Part shown: positions 12,630 to 26,500 of the stretch, piece after piece
Layout: each line of letters starts with the position of its first letter
Position numbering within the stretch: the first letter of the stretch is position 1
Assembly (NCBI RefSeq): GCF_000497125.1
Contig: NC_090601.1
Coordinates: forward strand, 310,001 to 374,000
DNA length: 64,000 nt
Direction of reading: 5' to 3'
Source: Spironucleus salmonicida
Lineage: Eukaryota
Translations under genes and position numbers: made by a program
Notes under the pieces: model-generated
What the model was told of the DNA's origin: nothing
Database searches by the model: none
Seen by the model: only the letters and a program-made list of their open reading frames with translations

Positions 12630-14297
12630 ATGTCAAGAAAAACATAGGACTTTTTAGATGACTATTTTATAGATTCGTTACAAGCTAATAATTTTAACTA
12701 TACATTTTTGCAAAATGATGATATAGATTAACTATCATATGAGAGTATAGAACCTAGATAAATTAAAAGACTGAACTAACTTCTTAGTACTATGGATAAT
12801 ATAAAAATAAATAGATTTGTATCTGCTTATTAATCCTAGCAGACTAGAACTCTCTAGTAATATGTTGACTTAGTCATATCAACATTTTTAAGTTTATAAC
12901 CATTACTTAATAATCTTATTAAAGTAATAGATACAACACGTTTATAGTATGTTATTATTAATATTAACTCAATTATTTTTTCTCTTAATTATCCTTTTGA
13001 TTAAGATTTCGATGTATTTGACCATTAAATAGCTTAACTTTAGGAAAAAGATTGTAATTAATCTTGTTACGAGTATTATATAATACCAATATAAATAAGT
13101 AATAAAATTAAAGCCATAAGTATTAATATTAATGGTATTATTTCTTAATTTCTCTTTAAAAAATACATAAATGAATAATACCTTAGTTTTTAGCTTTCTA
13201 GTATTAATTTAACACCATTTTTATACTAAAATTAATAAAACTATTAAGTAAGATACTTTATAGCTTAAAATTTGGTTATGTTTTCATCAATTTTTTAAAA
13301 ATAATTCTCGGTAGCTTAGTTTATAACATTTGATAAATTTATTAAAGATAAATTTTTAATACATTTTATTACGAAATTTTTAAATATTAATCCAAATCCT
13401 GCATATTCTTAATTAGCAATTTGTTTAAATACTGCATCTTTGAAAAAGTATATTAAAGAAATTGACTAATTTTATTTTATATTTAGATTTTATCCTGTAA
13501 TTTATGAAGATGATAGTACAAATTCTTATCCTGATTATATTCATAATTCTATTAAATATATCTCCCTTTATTAATTATAGAAAGATTAATATAAATCGAA
13601 AAAACTTTAATTAGAACCAAGTTAAATAAATTTTCTTTCATATAATCTTACAGCCGATCATAAGTTTATTTATAATAACAATCCTTATTATTTCTTTAAA
13701 AGAAATCGATAATAAGCATTCAAATCGTTGATAAGTAGGTTTGATTTATTGTTTCTATAGGAAGCATAAGTAATTAAAGATTTAAAGTTTGATAAATTTC
13801 ATCAAATAATCATAGAAATCAACAGAAAAACTTTTTAACATGGGCCTGGTATAGTATAAGAAATTATTCTTGTTAGAAAATCTAAATTTTCAATTAAATA
13901 AGTTTATTATTTAAACTTCTCGGAATATTCTTTTAATGCAAAAATTCCAGAAATATCATATAATCCACCGACGATTATCTTAGTTTAATATAAAAAAATA
14001 TTGATCACACTTATTTGTTCTAGCCTAAGTGCTAATAACGAAACAAGAAAAATATAAATATAATTGCTAAATCAATACATATTAGATAAGTAAATACACA
14101 GTTAATATATACTACTGTTAGGTAATTGGTTTGATAAAGAATTCAATGGTCTTAAAAGTATTTGTAACTGTAGTATATTATCCAACATTTCTGGGACGTA
14201 AAAGAATCTCGTTGATAAGTAAGAAATCCCAAGTTTTTAATTTCCTTCAAATAATTAACCTATTTGGTGTTAATTTGACCTAGACTCAATTTAGTGA
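12630..14297 (+). CDS. hypothetical protein, 555 aa
   Basis: ATG 12630 (MSRKTQDFLDDYF) in frame with TAGTGA stop at 14295-14297. Confidence 0.72.
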
Positions 14298-15329
14298 TTA
14301 GAATTAAAAATAATAATTCAATTAGTATAAACATATATAAAGTAATATATCTATCATATCAATAAGAGGTTTTAGTGCGCATTACATCTGTTATTATCAG
14401 AACTTAAATTCGCTATAGTATGTTTCTTATTTTATTATTAAGTATTGTATATTCTATAAATTACTTATTAAAAAAATAATGATCCTAATTGCAGCAACTG
14501 TAAATGTATTATTTTTAATTTTAACTTGATATTATGAATTAGCATTCTTAATTTAGGCAAATTGTTTTTGCTGTCTTTTAATTTTTTTCTAATGTTATCT
14601 ACCATATTTAATGCTAGTATTACAGCTAAACTAATTATAATCATTTGATAGTTTAATTATTAGCGGAAGAAAAATCAATGTTCATGAAATATCTTAAAAT
14701 AAGATGAAATTTTTATAACAAAAAATAACTTCTATAAAAATCGCTAGCTGGTACTAAAATTATTTAACCATTCATCTATAAAAAGCTATACTATAGGTTT
14801 ATGTTAAATAAAGTTAATAATTATAATTTTACTATTTAATAATACTAAAACTATACAGTCTTTGGTATTAGTTTTTATTTTAAAACTTATTATTGAAGTC
14901 TATAAATTAATTTAGGTGTTGAAAGTCTTAAAAGTTATATTTGAAGGAAACTGAGTATCTAATAATGTAAGCTTAATTGAGACGGATATTCTATAAAATT
15001 ACGTTATTTTTGCTATTATATTTTAAAACTTCAAAACAGTAAATATATAGAATGGCAAAAATCCATAATATACTTTAAAATTAATTCTAATTAAATACTT
15101 ATTTCTATTTTGCTTTGATTTTGCTCATACTTATTAATTCTTAAAAATAATTTTAAGTATATCCACAGAAATGTGCTAATATTTTGAATTTTATTATTAA
15201 TCTCAGGTTTAACGAAATAACTTAGTATACTATTAAAGATAAATAACTTGTAAGTGATATATTGAACAAAAATATAAGATTAAGTTGTAAAATATTTCTA
15301 CTACGATTCTATTAACTGGAAAATATCTA

Positions 15330-16205
15330 TCACTTCTTAGCCTTCTTGATGAAATAATAAGCTAAACCACCACCAACTGCACCAACTACAACCAATACTG
15401 CTATTACAATTCCAGCTACAGCGCCTCCTGAAAAATTAGAACTATTACCAGAGGATGATAATGGTAAACAGATTGCAGCAACTTGTTCATATCCAGCTGC
15501 ACAGTCAATACAATTACCTTCAGTATTAATAACATATCCTGCTAAACATGTTGCACATTAGGTTTTATCATCATTACATGTCGCGCATCTAAACATATTT
15601 GCACATTTGCACTAGGAAGTAGAGGAAGCACTGCAAGTAGCTAATTTTCCATTATCGCAGAATTACCCATCCGCAATACCAGCACACTTTGCAATACATC
15701 TTCCATCAATAGTAGTCACAGGTTTTGTTTTGTCTCCTTAGCATTCTAGACAAAAGGTAGCAGATGTGCAGAAACTACAGTCTTATTAGCAAGGTTTGCA
15801 ATGTTTTGCAATGAAATTACAGTAACCAAGTCCAAAACCAACACATTCTTTATGATTGACACATGATTTTACACAGGTTTTAGATGTTGGCTCTACAATA
15901 AATCCAGTTTCGCATGCAGTACATTCATTTTCGGTTCCTTCACAAGATTTACAGTTACTGTCGCATATGGTGCATTTTTCTGTAATATCTAAGAAATAAT
16001 TAGTTATACAAACGGAACATTTTCCATCTTTACACTATTAACAATTTTTAGTCGATACATTTTCTTTACAATTACAACCGTATCCAGTAATAATTGTATT
16101 ATCAGCACAAGGCTTACAATCAACGATATCTATATCAAGAGTAGGACAATATGTATCTGTTGCGCACTTATTATCATTTTCTTTACACTTTCCACTTTCT
16201 ATCAT
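15330..16205 (-). CDS. cysteine-rich membrane protein (Spironucleus CRMP1 / VSP-like), 291 aa
   Basis: Many CxxC/CxC motifs; C-terminal [28 protein letters not shown] transmembrane helix followed by KKAKK*. Confidence 0.92.
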
Positions 16206-17417
16206 TTTATATTTTTTATATTTTTAAAGATGGATAGCATTGCATATATTGAGTTTTAGATTATTAATTTTAAAAATATTAATTTTAATTATAAATAAAT
16301 GCATATTATTGTATTAAAAAAACTGAGATCACTTATTATTTTATTAATCTATATGTAAATCAACATATTTATATATTTCGAAAAATTGCTGACTGAACTA
16401 AATATTAATTAAATTGCAATATTATACAATATTATAAGTAGTGTGCTCAAATTATAAAAGCTTAATACATTACTTCAACTTCTATCTAGATTTAATATAC
16501 TTTGTTCAAACATTTCCAACTATTGAAAAAAAATAAGTAACTAATATTATTTTGCATTACTATATGTTAATTTGTGAGAAAAATCTGTCTTTATAGTAAA
16601 TTCTATATAAATAATGTTAATTGGATATATTGATGATCTTCTGATTATATTACTAGAAATATATTATGATCTGGTTAATATAATTATTATTAATATAGTT
16701 ACGCGTAGTTTGCATTTTTAAAGAGTCGTTCGTAAGATCAAACAAGTTTCGTATTTTAAATTTGCATATAATAATAATATATAAATTAATTATTTATATA
16801 ACTACTTACTTATCTCAAAAAATAACATCTATTTTCAGATAATTTAGATAGGGGAAGCAAATGATACACTTTTAACTTATATTCTTGCTCTAAAACCTAA
16901 CTGTATATAAAAGTTTTAATATGTTATCAATTAACTTTCAATACGATATTCCGTAACTAGATTCTAATAAATCTAGATAAAGATAATTTTTAACACTTTA
17001 ATCAAAATATTGTAAATTAAATTAGATTTTATTTATCTTTTATACAGAATTACTACTTTAAATTACTGTGTTTATTTTTAATTAATACCTCGATTTAAAA
17101 TAATTTTAATGCAAATAAAAATTTCAATTGAGTAATTTTATAGTGGCACGCAATTTTAGATATCAATACTATGCACTATTATTTACTTTATTTTAAGTCT
17201 TTCTATGAAAGTAAAAATTAATGTAAACGTTTGAAGATGCTGATAACCATAAATTAGTAATTTATTACTTTGTTAATCACCAAAAATTTTACAAATGTAA
17301 CTAGATAACTAATTAAAACACTAAATATTATCATATTATACATATTTCCTAAGATAAACCCAATACTACAAAAACACCAAAATCATTAACCTAGGGCTCA
17401 GAGAAATTATTAAGCGA

Positions 17418-18740
17418 TCACTATTCCTTGAATATATTCATGAACTCAGAAAATGTGATATTTTTAATCCCTTCGAAATTGTTATTTTTGACGAAAATCC
17501 ATACTGCATCTTGAAAAGCGACACCATCAAGCCCACTTTCAACGCAAATTTCATCAAAATACTAATAATTCTTACCCCAAAATGTGTTTATAAAGACCTT
17601 AACGATCTAGCATTGTGAGAAATCGAAACTCTGAAAATCACCCTCCTCAACCTCACCAACATTACACGTACCACATGCCTTACAAAAATTAAAACCTACA
17701 ACCTTCTGCCGGAACTTTGCACCACACTCGTTGCATGAGAAACAACCAATTCTACGATTGAAGCGCAGGATATAATAATATGAGAAGACGCGTTTTTAGT
17801 GTTCCAGCAGCAGAAATCGTGACTCATCCTCAACGATCAGTTTCCGACAAATTGGGCATGCGTAGCTACCGCTGGCCATCATCTGGAGCTTACAGGGATC
17901 GTGGATGACATGACCACAGGGGGGAACCGTGTAAGCTAAATGCTGGTTTTTAATTGGTCCCAAACAAGCGTTGCAGACAAGCTCCTACTGGCAAATATGT
18001 CTCTATGCAGATGCACCTTTGAAGCAGATTTCGCAGGTCGTGCAATGCACGATTTCGCTTTCTAAGCCAATATAACACTTTTCGCAGGAGTCACAGTGTA
18101 CAAATGGTTGTGTATTTTGGTCCTGAAAATCTAATCGCCGACATGTGAGGCAGGAAGCTTTATCAAGTCCAAATTATACTCCACAACTATCGCACTTAAT
18201 TCCGAATTTTTATATTTTTGAGCAGAATCTGCATTTTATTGTATCAGTTTATAAGTACGGAAATTCATGATCTAGTTCCAGCTCATTATGACAAAATTTA
18301 CAACCAAAAAAATCATCACAGATGTTACATTTCAGCTCACAAGCACATACACGATGCTGACATCCAGGGCCAGAAGTGGAGCGAAATGCTTAAAAAGTCG
18401 AAGTTGAGAGGTCGTGGACTGCGTAAGACCAGCGCTCTGGTAGTGAAAGAGTCAGTTTGAACTCATAGTCGAATGGGCTAGGGTCATAAAGGCTTAGTGG
18501 AATATGAAAATATACTTTTTCGAGCTCTTATAACTAGAATTTTCGACGTTCTGTTGAGATTGTATCGTAGATGAACTCTTTTAGAACAATATGCTGAGTT
18601 CTGTCATAGCGATTTAATGAATTAGGCTACAATTTTACGATTTAAGATACTAAAATTTATGTTTAATGTTATTATGGAAGATTATTTATACATGGAAATA
18701 GCTTTTCATCAGTAAATTATAAATTATCGGTCTATTTCAT
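17418..18740 (-). CDS. CHY zinc finger / RING-H2 E3 ligase (Pirh2/RCHY1-like), 440 aa
   Basis: GCQHRVCACELKCNICDDFFGCKFCHNE (CHY), HCDSCEKC, CNACL...CGHVIHDPC...CPICRK (RING). Confidence 0.88.
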
Positions 18741-18797
18741 TTATCAACAAGTAATTACTATCTTTAAATATATCTATTATATTGTTGATATTAAAAA

Positions 18798-19079
18798 ATG
18801 GCGTAAAATTAAAAAATTGAAAATATAGGAATAGTGCGTCCTGTAGTGATGCCAAAAGCTAAAATAGTACCATAACGATATAATATACTTAATAGTGATA
18901 CTTTTCGCTCTCGTGATCATTTATACCATCCTGAGACCTATAGAAATTAAGATGTTTACGTAGCAAAAGAAGAAATACGCCGTGCAGATATGCCAGATTT
19001 AATGGAATCATAATCATGTAGATAGGCAAGCTTAGATGCCACAGTATAATGGGATAAGAAAAATTAGGCGAAAAAGTGA
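18798..19079 (+). CDS. small hypothetical protein, 93 aa
   Basis: MAQNQKIENIGIVRPVVMPK...WDKKNQAKK* ending in AAGTGA. Confidence 0.6.
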
Positions 19080-19248
19080 TCAATGTTTCTATTAAAATAG
19101 TATGGCTTAGTTTGTCATTGATAAAATAATATAGACTTAATTTATATCGTTAATACTATAGTAGCATATATAAACTTAGATAGAATATTAGATAATAAAC
19201 GTTAATATGTAAAGTATAATATGTATTTAGTATAATAATTTAGATCAA

Positions 19249-20529
19249 ATGGAATTTAGCGATTAGAAATTGTTTAGTGATATTAATGGTTTGGATGAAT
19301 CAGAAATTGCGGAGGTCATAATTTCTTAAATAATAAAGCTATCACCTGAAGCAGTTGATAGATTTGATAAAAAATAACACATTATTCTTAAAGAATTTGT
19401 TAATGCAACAATTAAGCCAGAGTTTAGAGCTATTTAATTATAATAACTTAATAGCGTATATTATCACACCCCTTTAGATTAATATGACGTTAATATTCCA
19501 GATCTTCAACTAAAAACTTCTCTTAAATTAAAACCAAATTGGCACTAAGAAATTAATTTTAGACATTCAACATATGAAACATTTAGATTATCTAGAGCCC
19601 CAGGATGTTCTCATAAGTCAACAGGTTGCAATGTTATCTGTCCATAATGCTAAAATTCATATACATGTAGATATTGTCATGATGAGGTAGAGGACCATGT
19701 ATTAGATATTAAAGATATAACATAAATCTAATGTAAAAATTGTAAAGCTAAGCAGGAATTTTCTGATTCTTGCATTTATTGCTAGTATTAGTTCGGGATT
19801 TCAAGTTGTTATTAATGTAAAATATAATAATTTAATGATGTGAATAGAGCTCCTCTAATACATTGTGATAAATGTGGTAAGTGTTATGGATGTTTAGAAG
19901 GATAAATACACCATTGTGATGTATGCCAATTTTGTATTGATTCAGATTCATTTAAAAGACACGTACATGGTGAAGTGTGTTTGGTTTGTTACGAGCAATT
20001 TCTAAACAGCTCTCTAGCGATTACTGTATAAAATTGTGGTCATATTATTCATGCATTGTGCTTTCGTAATTTAAGATCTAATGGAAATAACAAGTGTATA
20101 ATTTGTCGACGATTAAATTACCAAGAAGGTGAAAAAGATATATATAATAATCTTTTAAAGATAAGTTATGTCAGAACTTCTATGCAAAATATAAATGATA
20201 TTGTAAGTTGTTAATGCTATTAGTGTAGCGATTAATTTAATACTTATGAAAATGATTATTTTTATTGTGAAAAATGTGACTACTTTGATTGTTAGCGAAT
20301 TTCTAAAGGTGATTATAAGGAATCTATTTTATCTTAGAAATAGTTATTCTTAATGTTTATAAATGTTTACTTTGAAAAAGAATATAAAAGCTTTAATAAA
20401 TTTTGTATAGACAATGATTTGATAGAATAAAACTTAGATAATATGAAAATTTAAGCAATAATCATTGCTGCGCCATTCTCTAAACCAGATAGGCTATCAA
20501 TCACTAGTTTTGTTCAATTAATTCAGTGA
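19249..20529 (+). CDS. CHY zinc finger / RING-H2 E3 ligase paralog, 426 aa
   Basis: GCSHKSTGCNVICPQCQNSYTCRYCHDE, HCDKCGKC, CLVCY...CGHIIHALC...CIICRR; N-terminus similar to the 17418-18740 gene; alternative in-frame ATG at 19207. Confidence 0.88.
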
Positions 20530-20599
20530 ATTTTATTTTTATATTTTGCATAATATTTTACATTTATTTACATTATTTTTACATTCCGCATTTTAAATA

Positions 20600-23500
20600 A
20601 TGAATCATTCTACATCCGATGCAACAAAGCAATAACGCTTACTTTCTGCACATACATCAAAGAAAATCAAAGAATTTAACTAAAATGACTCAGCACCTTA
20701 ATAGACAGCGTAAATTTTGGCGAAAAAAACTAAGCAAGAATTTGTTTCTGTCAAAGTACCAGGTGTATTACAAGGAATAGCTGATAATGTTCCTTATAAT
20801 AAAGTTATTCACAATCCTTTACCACAAACTTTAGTAACTTCGAGATTGAAGCCAACTGCAGAATTGCCGTAAGTTTATAGGGATGGTTTAGTTGAAGGAA
20901 ATAACGCATGTTGGCGTGATGTTTCTCTACGTGGTTTTATACCAGGTCCTATAACCAGATTATCATAAATTCATCAAAAGGAAGAAACCCAAAACTTAAC
21001 TTTATCATAAATTGATGTGAATACTGAAGATTAATAATAGTAAAATGGAAATTAAATTGTTGAAACCAATTTAGACGTATCTGGAAGAATAGGATAACTT
21101 ATGAGACAAGATATTAACAATATTCGAACACCAAAAGCAGTAAAAGTCCCTGAAAAATTTTATCCAGACAAAGCTTCTGTAAACGCAGTTATAGAAGCAA
21201 TCAGATTATTTGATTCAGAAAATCCAGGATATTAAGTTGACGTAGAAATGAAGAAAGTAATTTCATAAATTTAAAAAGATATTTACAACCTAAGAGAGCA
21301 CTGTCTAACATAAAAAGATTTTTTAGCTACATCATAAGGAAAAGAGCTCTAAGATAGAATTTAAGCGTGCAGATAAATTCTTTTAATGGATATGAACGAC
21401 GGATTCTTAAATTTGGAAGATTTTGACGCCACGGACGCCTACGAAATTCATTCACCAGAAGAATGGTTCGAGTTCCATACAAAATAATTCATTTTCCCAG
21501 ATGGTAAAGAAATTTTAGGTATACCGGCTTACTCAAGATATCTTTACAAAGACCGACTTGCACTTGAACCTTGCGTAGTCACAGGTTACAACCCGGAGCA
21601 TAATGTTTGGGTAATTTAATGGCTTTAACAGAATACCTAATAATTTGCTCATGAAGGATCTATTTGTGTCAAATTAGGATGTGAATTAATTCAAAAATTG
21701 AATAATATTGAGCATTTTGAGAATAATTTTAGAATTTTTACGACTGCTCCAGCACTAGTATCTGACACAGAAAAGTCAGTAAAAAGGCTGAATTTGCTAT
21801 TCGCGGATGAAGACGAAAGAATGTGGTGGGATAGAAGATGGTAGGCTCATTATAGTCGCAGAAAGGTAGAATCTCAATCAAAAATGGAAATATTCTTAGA
21901 CACATAATTCGACTAAGCTATTTAAATTAAGGAATATATGTCTGACCGGACAAAAGTGCTCGATTTCAAGATTACGTAATTGTTAGAGTTATTATCTGAT
22001 GTCGCTGGCCCAACAGCAGAAATTATTGATAATATTTTCCATTCTTACGTTTTAGATAATGAGTCATTTTACAAGTTTTTCCTACAAAAGCTAGATGAAG
22101 ATTCATATAATAATGTTATTAAACTATCTGGATAACTTGTTCAGCAAGTTACGGAAAACCTCATAAAATCAAACATGCTAGCCGTCCTAGAATATCTTCG
22201 CAGAGACCCTCAATTTAACTCTAAGCTGACAAATCTTGGAATCAACCCACCGACATTTATTTAACGTAAAGTTTTCACACGTGAAATTGCTACAGTCGCC
22301 TAAGAATTCTAGAAAAATATTATTTTTTCACTTCTTAATTTTGCAAAACGTAGAGCTAGAATTAACACAATCAGTCTTAGCCTAAGCAATCAATATAAGC
22401 CAGCAACTGATTTTATCTTATCCCAAATATAGGAAATTCTTATCCTAAACGGTCTTTATTATTTTAATTTTGCAGGAATTATCCCATTCCTAGCAACAGA
22501 TTAAATTGAACTCATAAAATCTGGATTCGCAGGAGGAATTATGGCAGATTCTGAAAGTTTCAGCATCCAATTATCTATGCAGAACAAAGTAGAAGAAGTA
22601 AAATAGGAAGACTAAATCATTAAAAAGGGAGGCATAAAAATTAGAGTCTAGAACGAAAAAAAAGCAGAAGTTGCGCCAGAATTAGATCTTGTAGGCGAAT
22701 TGGGTGCTATTCCATTTTATGCGCATCCATAAATTAAAAATTTGAGGGATTTAGGTGTTGTAAGCCCGGGTCTACCTCTAAGTTTGGAGTAATTTACATT
22801 TTTAGCTGATGGTCACAGAGAGAGAATGACAATTTATTTGCAAGACTTGTATCAGAGAGAGCTATCGTCAGTTTTAGCAAAAAAGCTTAAACAGAATGGA
22901 ATTGATGTAAATTGCTTATCTAGTGATATGGAATATGCAGTGCAAAATGTGGTTTGTGCTGGTTCTGATGGATGTGACAAATATTCGTATGAGAAGGATG
23001 TTGAATTTGAGTAGTCTGGTTTAGAATTCAGTTAATTGAGTAATTGTAATGATGCATGTTTCGATAGACCTAGATAGCGTACTTTGGTTGATTTGGAGGA
23101 TTTCTGTAGGTTGATTAATTATAAATTTTACGATACTATCATGCATATAAGTGACAAAACTTCTGAAAAATTTATGGAGATGTTAAATTAGTTTAAAGTT
23201 ACTAACTATATTAGTTATGATGAATGTCTGTAGAGGACTAAGAATTTGATAAAATTAGCGAAAACATGCGAGTTAAGTAATATAGAATCTGGAAAATTAC
23301 TGAAAGAAGCTACGACACCGTTGTTTAGAACTTGCACTTCAACAACAGTAGATAATTGTATTTTGAAGATTTTTATAAACGTTGAGCCTTACATTAGAGA
23401 AATGCGATAGGTTTCATCATAAGATGCACATTATATACCGCCTAGTAATTAAGAATTTTTCAACGATATTGATAATTTTAAAAATATTACCAGTTAGCTA

Positions 23501-26500
23501 GTAACCGAGGCTCCTAAAGAAGATAATCCTGATTAAAGACTTACCTATGATCATTATTATGCTGCACTTAAGTCTTAAAATGCTGTTTGCTTGAATCCTT
23601 GCTTGGTAAATCTAGAATGTTCACTTTTACCATCAATTGATTCAATTCATAATAAGATATTAGAGATTTATGAATCTTTACTTAATGTATCATCATAAAT
23701 TAAAAGTATTAACACTGCATTTCCATGTTTAGAACATAGGGTTAAAAATACCACACTACCTGGTCCTAATTCTGTTCATGACCCATGGTTAGGACCAAGG
23801 TATGAAGAATTAAACAGTTATTTGAATGATACAGCAAAAGGCCCTAATGCGTTGTTTTCTATTTTGCAATTAATTATTAAAAGATTATTCTTTACAGATA
23901 AAATGGATTATGTAGAAATTAAAGAGGATGTTTATGATTATGAAGCTAAAATACTACCTCCATTAGATGAATTTAATGATATAGATACATTGGAAAATGA
24001 TATTACTAATAAGGAAGACGAAATGCTAATAACTTGTAAAAATTGGGATTATGTATTCGAAAAGAAAGTAGAAAAAATTGTTATACAAGCTGAAAAAGAT
24101 ATTAAATTTAAACAATAAAATAGTGATGAAGAGGAAGAAGAGGAAATCAAATAAGAAGAAGAATTAATCGAAAAAGAAGTTAAAATTGTAGTTAATAATA
24201 CTAACTTATCTCTCAGAGATTTAAGATGCTTCTTATAGTGTTATACTGCCATCCGTGAATTTTTAAAGTAATTGGCACCTCCAACATAAGAAACTGTTAA
24301 AGATAAATCAGAAACCGTATGTAAAATTTCATTTGGTCTGTATTCTATAGATATTACTAATGTAATTGATATTCTTACAAAGAGGGCAAATATACTTAGA
24401 GCATAGGTTATACGAATTATCTAGTAACGTTTGGTAAAGAGATCTTAAAATATCATAGATGATTGGAAGCTAATTTAAGAAAAAATGAACACTGAGTGTA
24501 AAACTCCTGGTATTTTTGCAGAAATCAAATAATTCTTAGCTAATATTCATATGACAATAGAGTCAATGAGAGGAAAATAAATAATATTAGATAGGTATAT
24601 GTCAGTTTGTGAAGAATTTGGGACATAAGATAAAGACTTTTTAAGAATATTACATTAGTAATATTCTTGGTTTTCATAAAGAGCAAGCTAGCTTATTCCG
24701 TCTGGTTACAATAAGCTTTCTGAGCATTATCGTGATAGACTTGCTAAAACTTTGATGTCTAATTTACCAGAAAAAATTGATGATAGATTTTTGACGGTGT
24801 GTGTTGAAATGTATTGGAAAGCTAAAGCACAACCAAAAGAAATTATAGCACAACGAGATGGTGCAGATATATAATTGCTATAGGCATTTTAAATTTTATC
24901 CAAAAAGAAAGATGATGAGAGAGGGTTATTAGCAGAATAAATTAATTCATACATCAAATAAACAGTTGAATTTTCGCAAACTGCTTCTTTAAGTAATAAT
25001 AAATAGTCAGAAATATTATTTAAAATTTAAGAATTTTAAACCTCTTTATAAAAGAAAATTGATTAATTTTAAGTTGATGAAAAATAATTAGCACTAGAAC
25101 CTACTGATTTTTCAGCTTTTTAAGTTGCAATTGATGAATTTACATTATTTGACGAATTATGGTCTATAGTTTCAATGTATCAGTCTTTCTAACCAGTCTG
25201 GCTTTCTTAAGGTGATTTCATGAATATTAACCCAGAAGATGTTACTAAAAAGACATAAGACTGGTTAAGTAATTTATAAAAGCTTAATAAAAATTTCACA
25301 AAATTAGGTAGAGGAGCTGCTGTATTTACAAAGGCGAAAGAAAAAGATAGACCTGCTTGTGCTGCAGATGCTGCTATTATATGTTAAGATGTAATGTAGA
25401 GTATCGATAATTTCATGATTTATATTCCACTTATAGAAGCACTTAGAAATCCTGGTTTAAAGCCATCACATTGGATGGAAGTTTCTAATTTTACAAAAAC
25501 AGGTAAATAAATAGCTTCTGATTAACAATTTACTCTATAATAGCTATTAGATGAAGGACTTATGGAAGAAGATAAATTGGAAAATGTCATCAGAATATCT
25601 GAGCTAGCCACTAGATAAAGTATGATTGATTAGCAGCTTTTGAAAATGTTAGATGATTGGAAGTCTATTGAGTTGGACATGAAACTGTTTGCTATAGATG
25701 AAATACCGTAAGTTACGCCGCCTGGTGATCCACCAAAGCCTCCTAGATAATAGAAATATTATATTGTTAAAACATTTGATGATTCTATTTCTTTATTAGA
25801 CGAATAGTTCAGTATTATATAAGGTTTAAGAGCAAGTGTTTTTGGGAAATCTAAAGAATTTAAGACTAGAATAGATGACCATGATAATACTTTGAATAAA
25901 CTTTAGGACATAATTGATGAATGGATTAAGTTCTAAAGACTTTGGCTATATTTGTAACCTATCTTCTCATCTGAGGATATTAAGAGGCAACTTCCAACCG
26001 AGACAATATTATTCACTGAGGTGTGCCTATTTTGGACTGAAATAACATGTGAAACATTTAATTCTAAGAAAGTCTGGCAATTTTCTACAAAAGATAATGT
26101 TACATAGAAGTTTGAAGTAAACTTTGAAAAATTGGAATTAGTTAATAAGAAACTTAGCTCATATCTTCAATCTAAGCGTATGAGTTTTAGTCGATTCTTT
26201 TTCTTAGCAGATGAAGAATTATTATAAATATTGGCATAAACTAAAAATGTTGAGAACGTTTAATAACATATTTAAAAATGTTTTGAAGGTATAAGAAAGC
26301 TGACTTTTGTTGAAAAAGATGGACAGAAAGTTATTACATAAATTGTTTCTCCAGAAGGAGAAGCAGTAGACTTATTCAAGGAAATCATTCCTATTGGGGA
26401 TGCTGATATTTGGCTTTTAGAGATTGAATAATTAATGAAAGTTACTGTTCGCGATCTCATTAAAAAGGCATGGGTAGCTTATGTTAACGATGTTGAAAAT

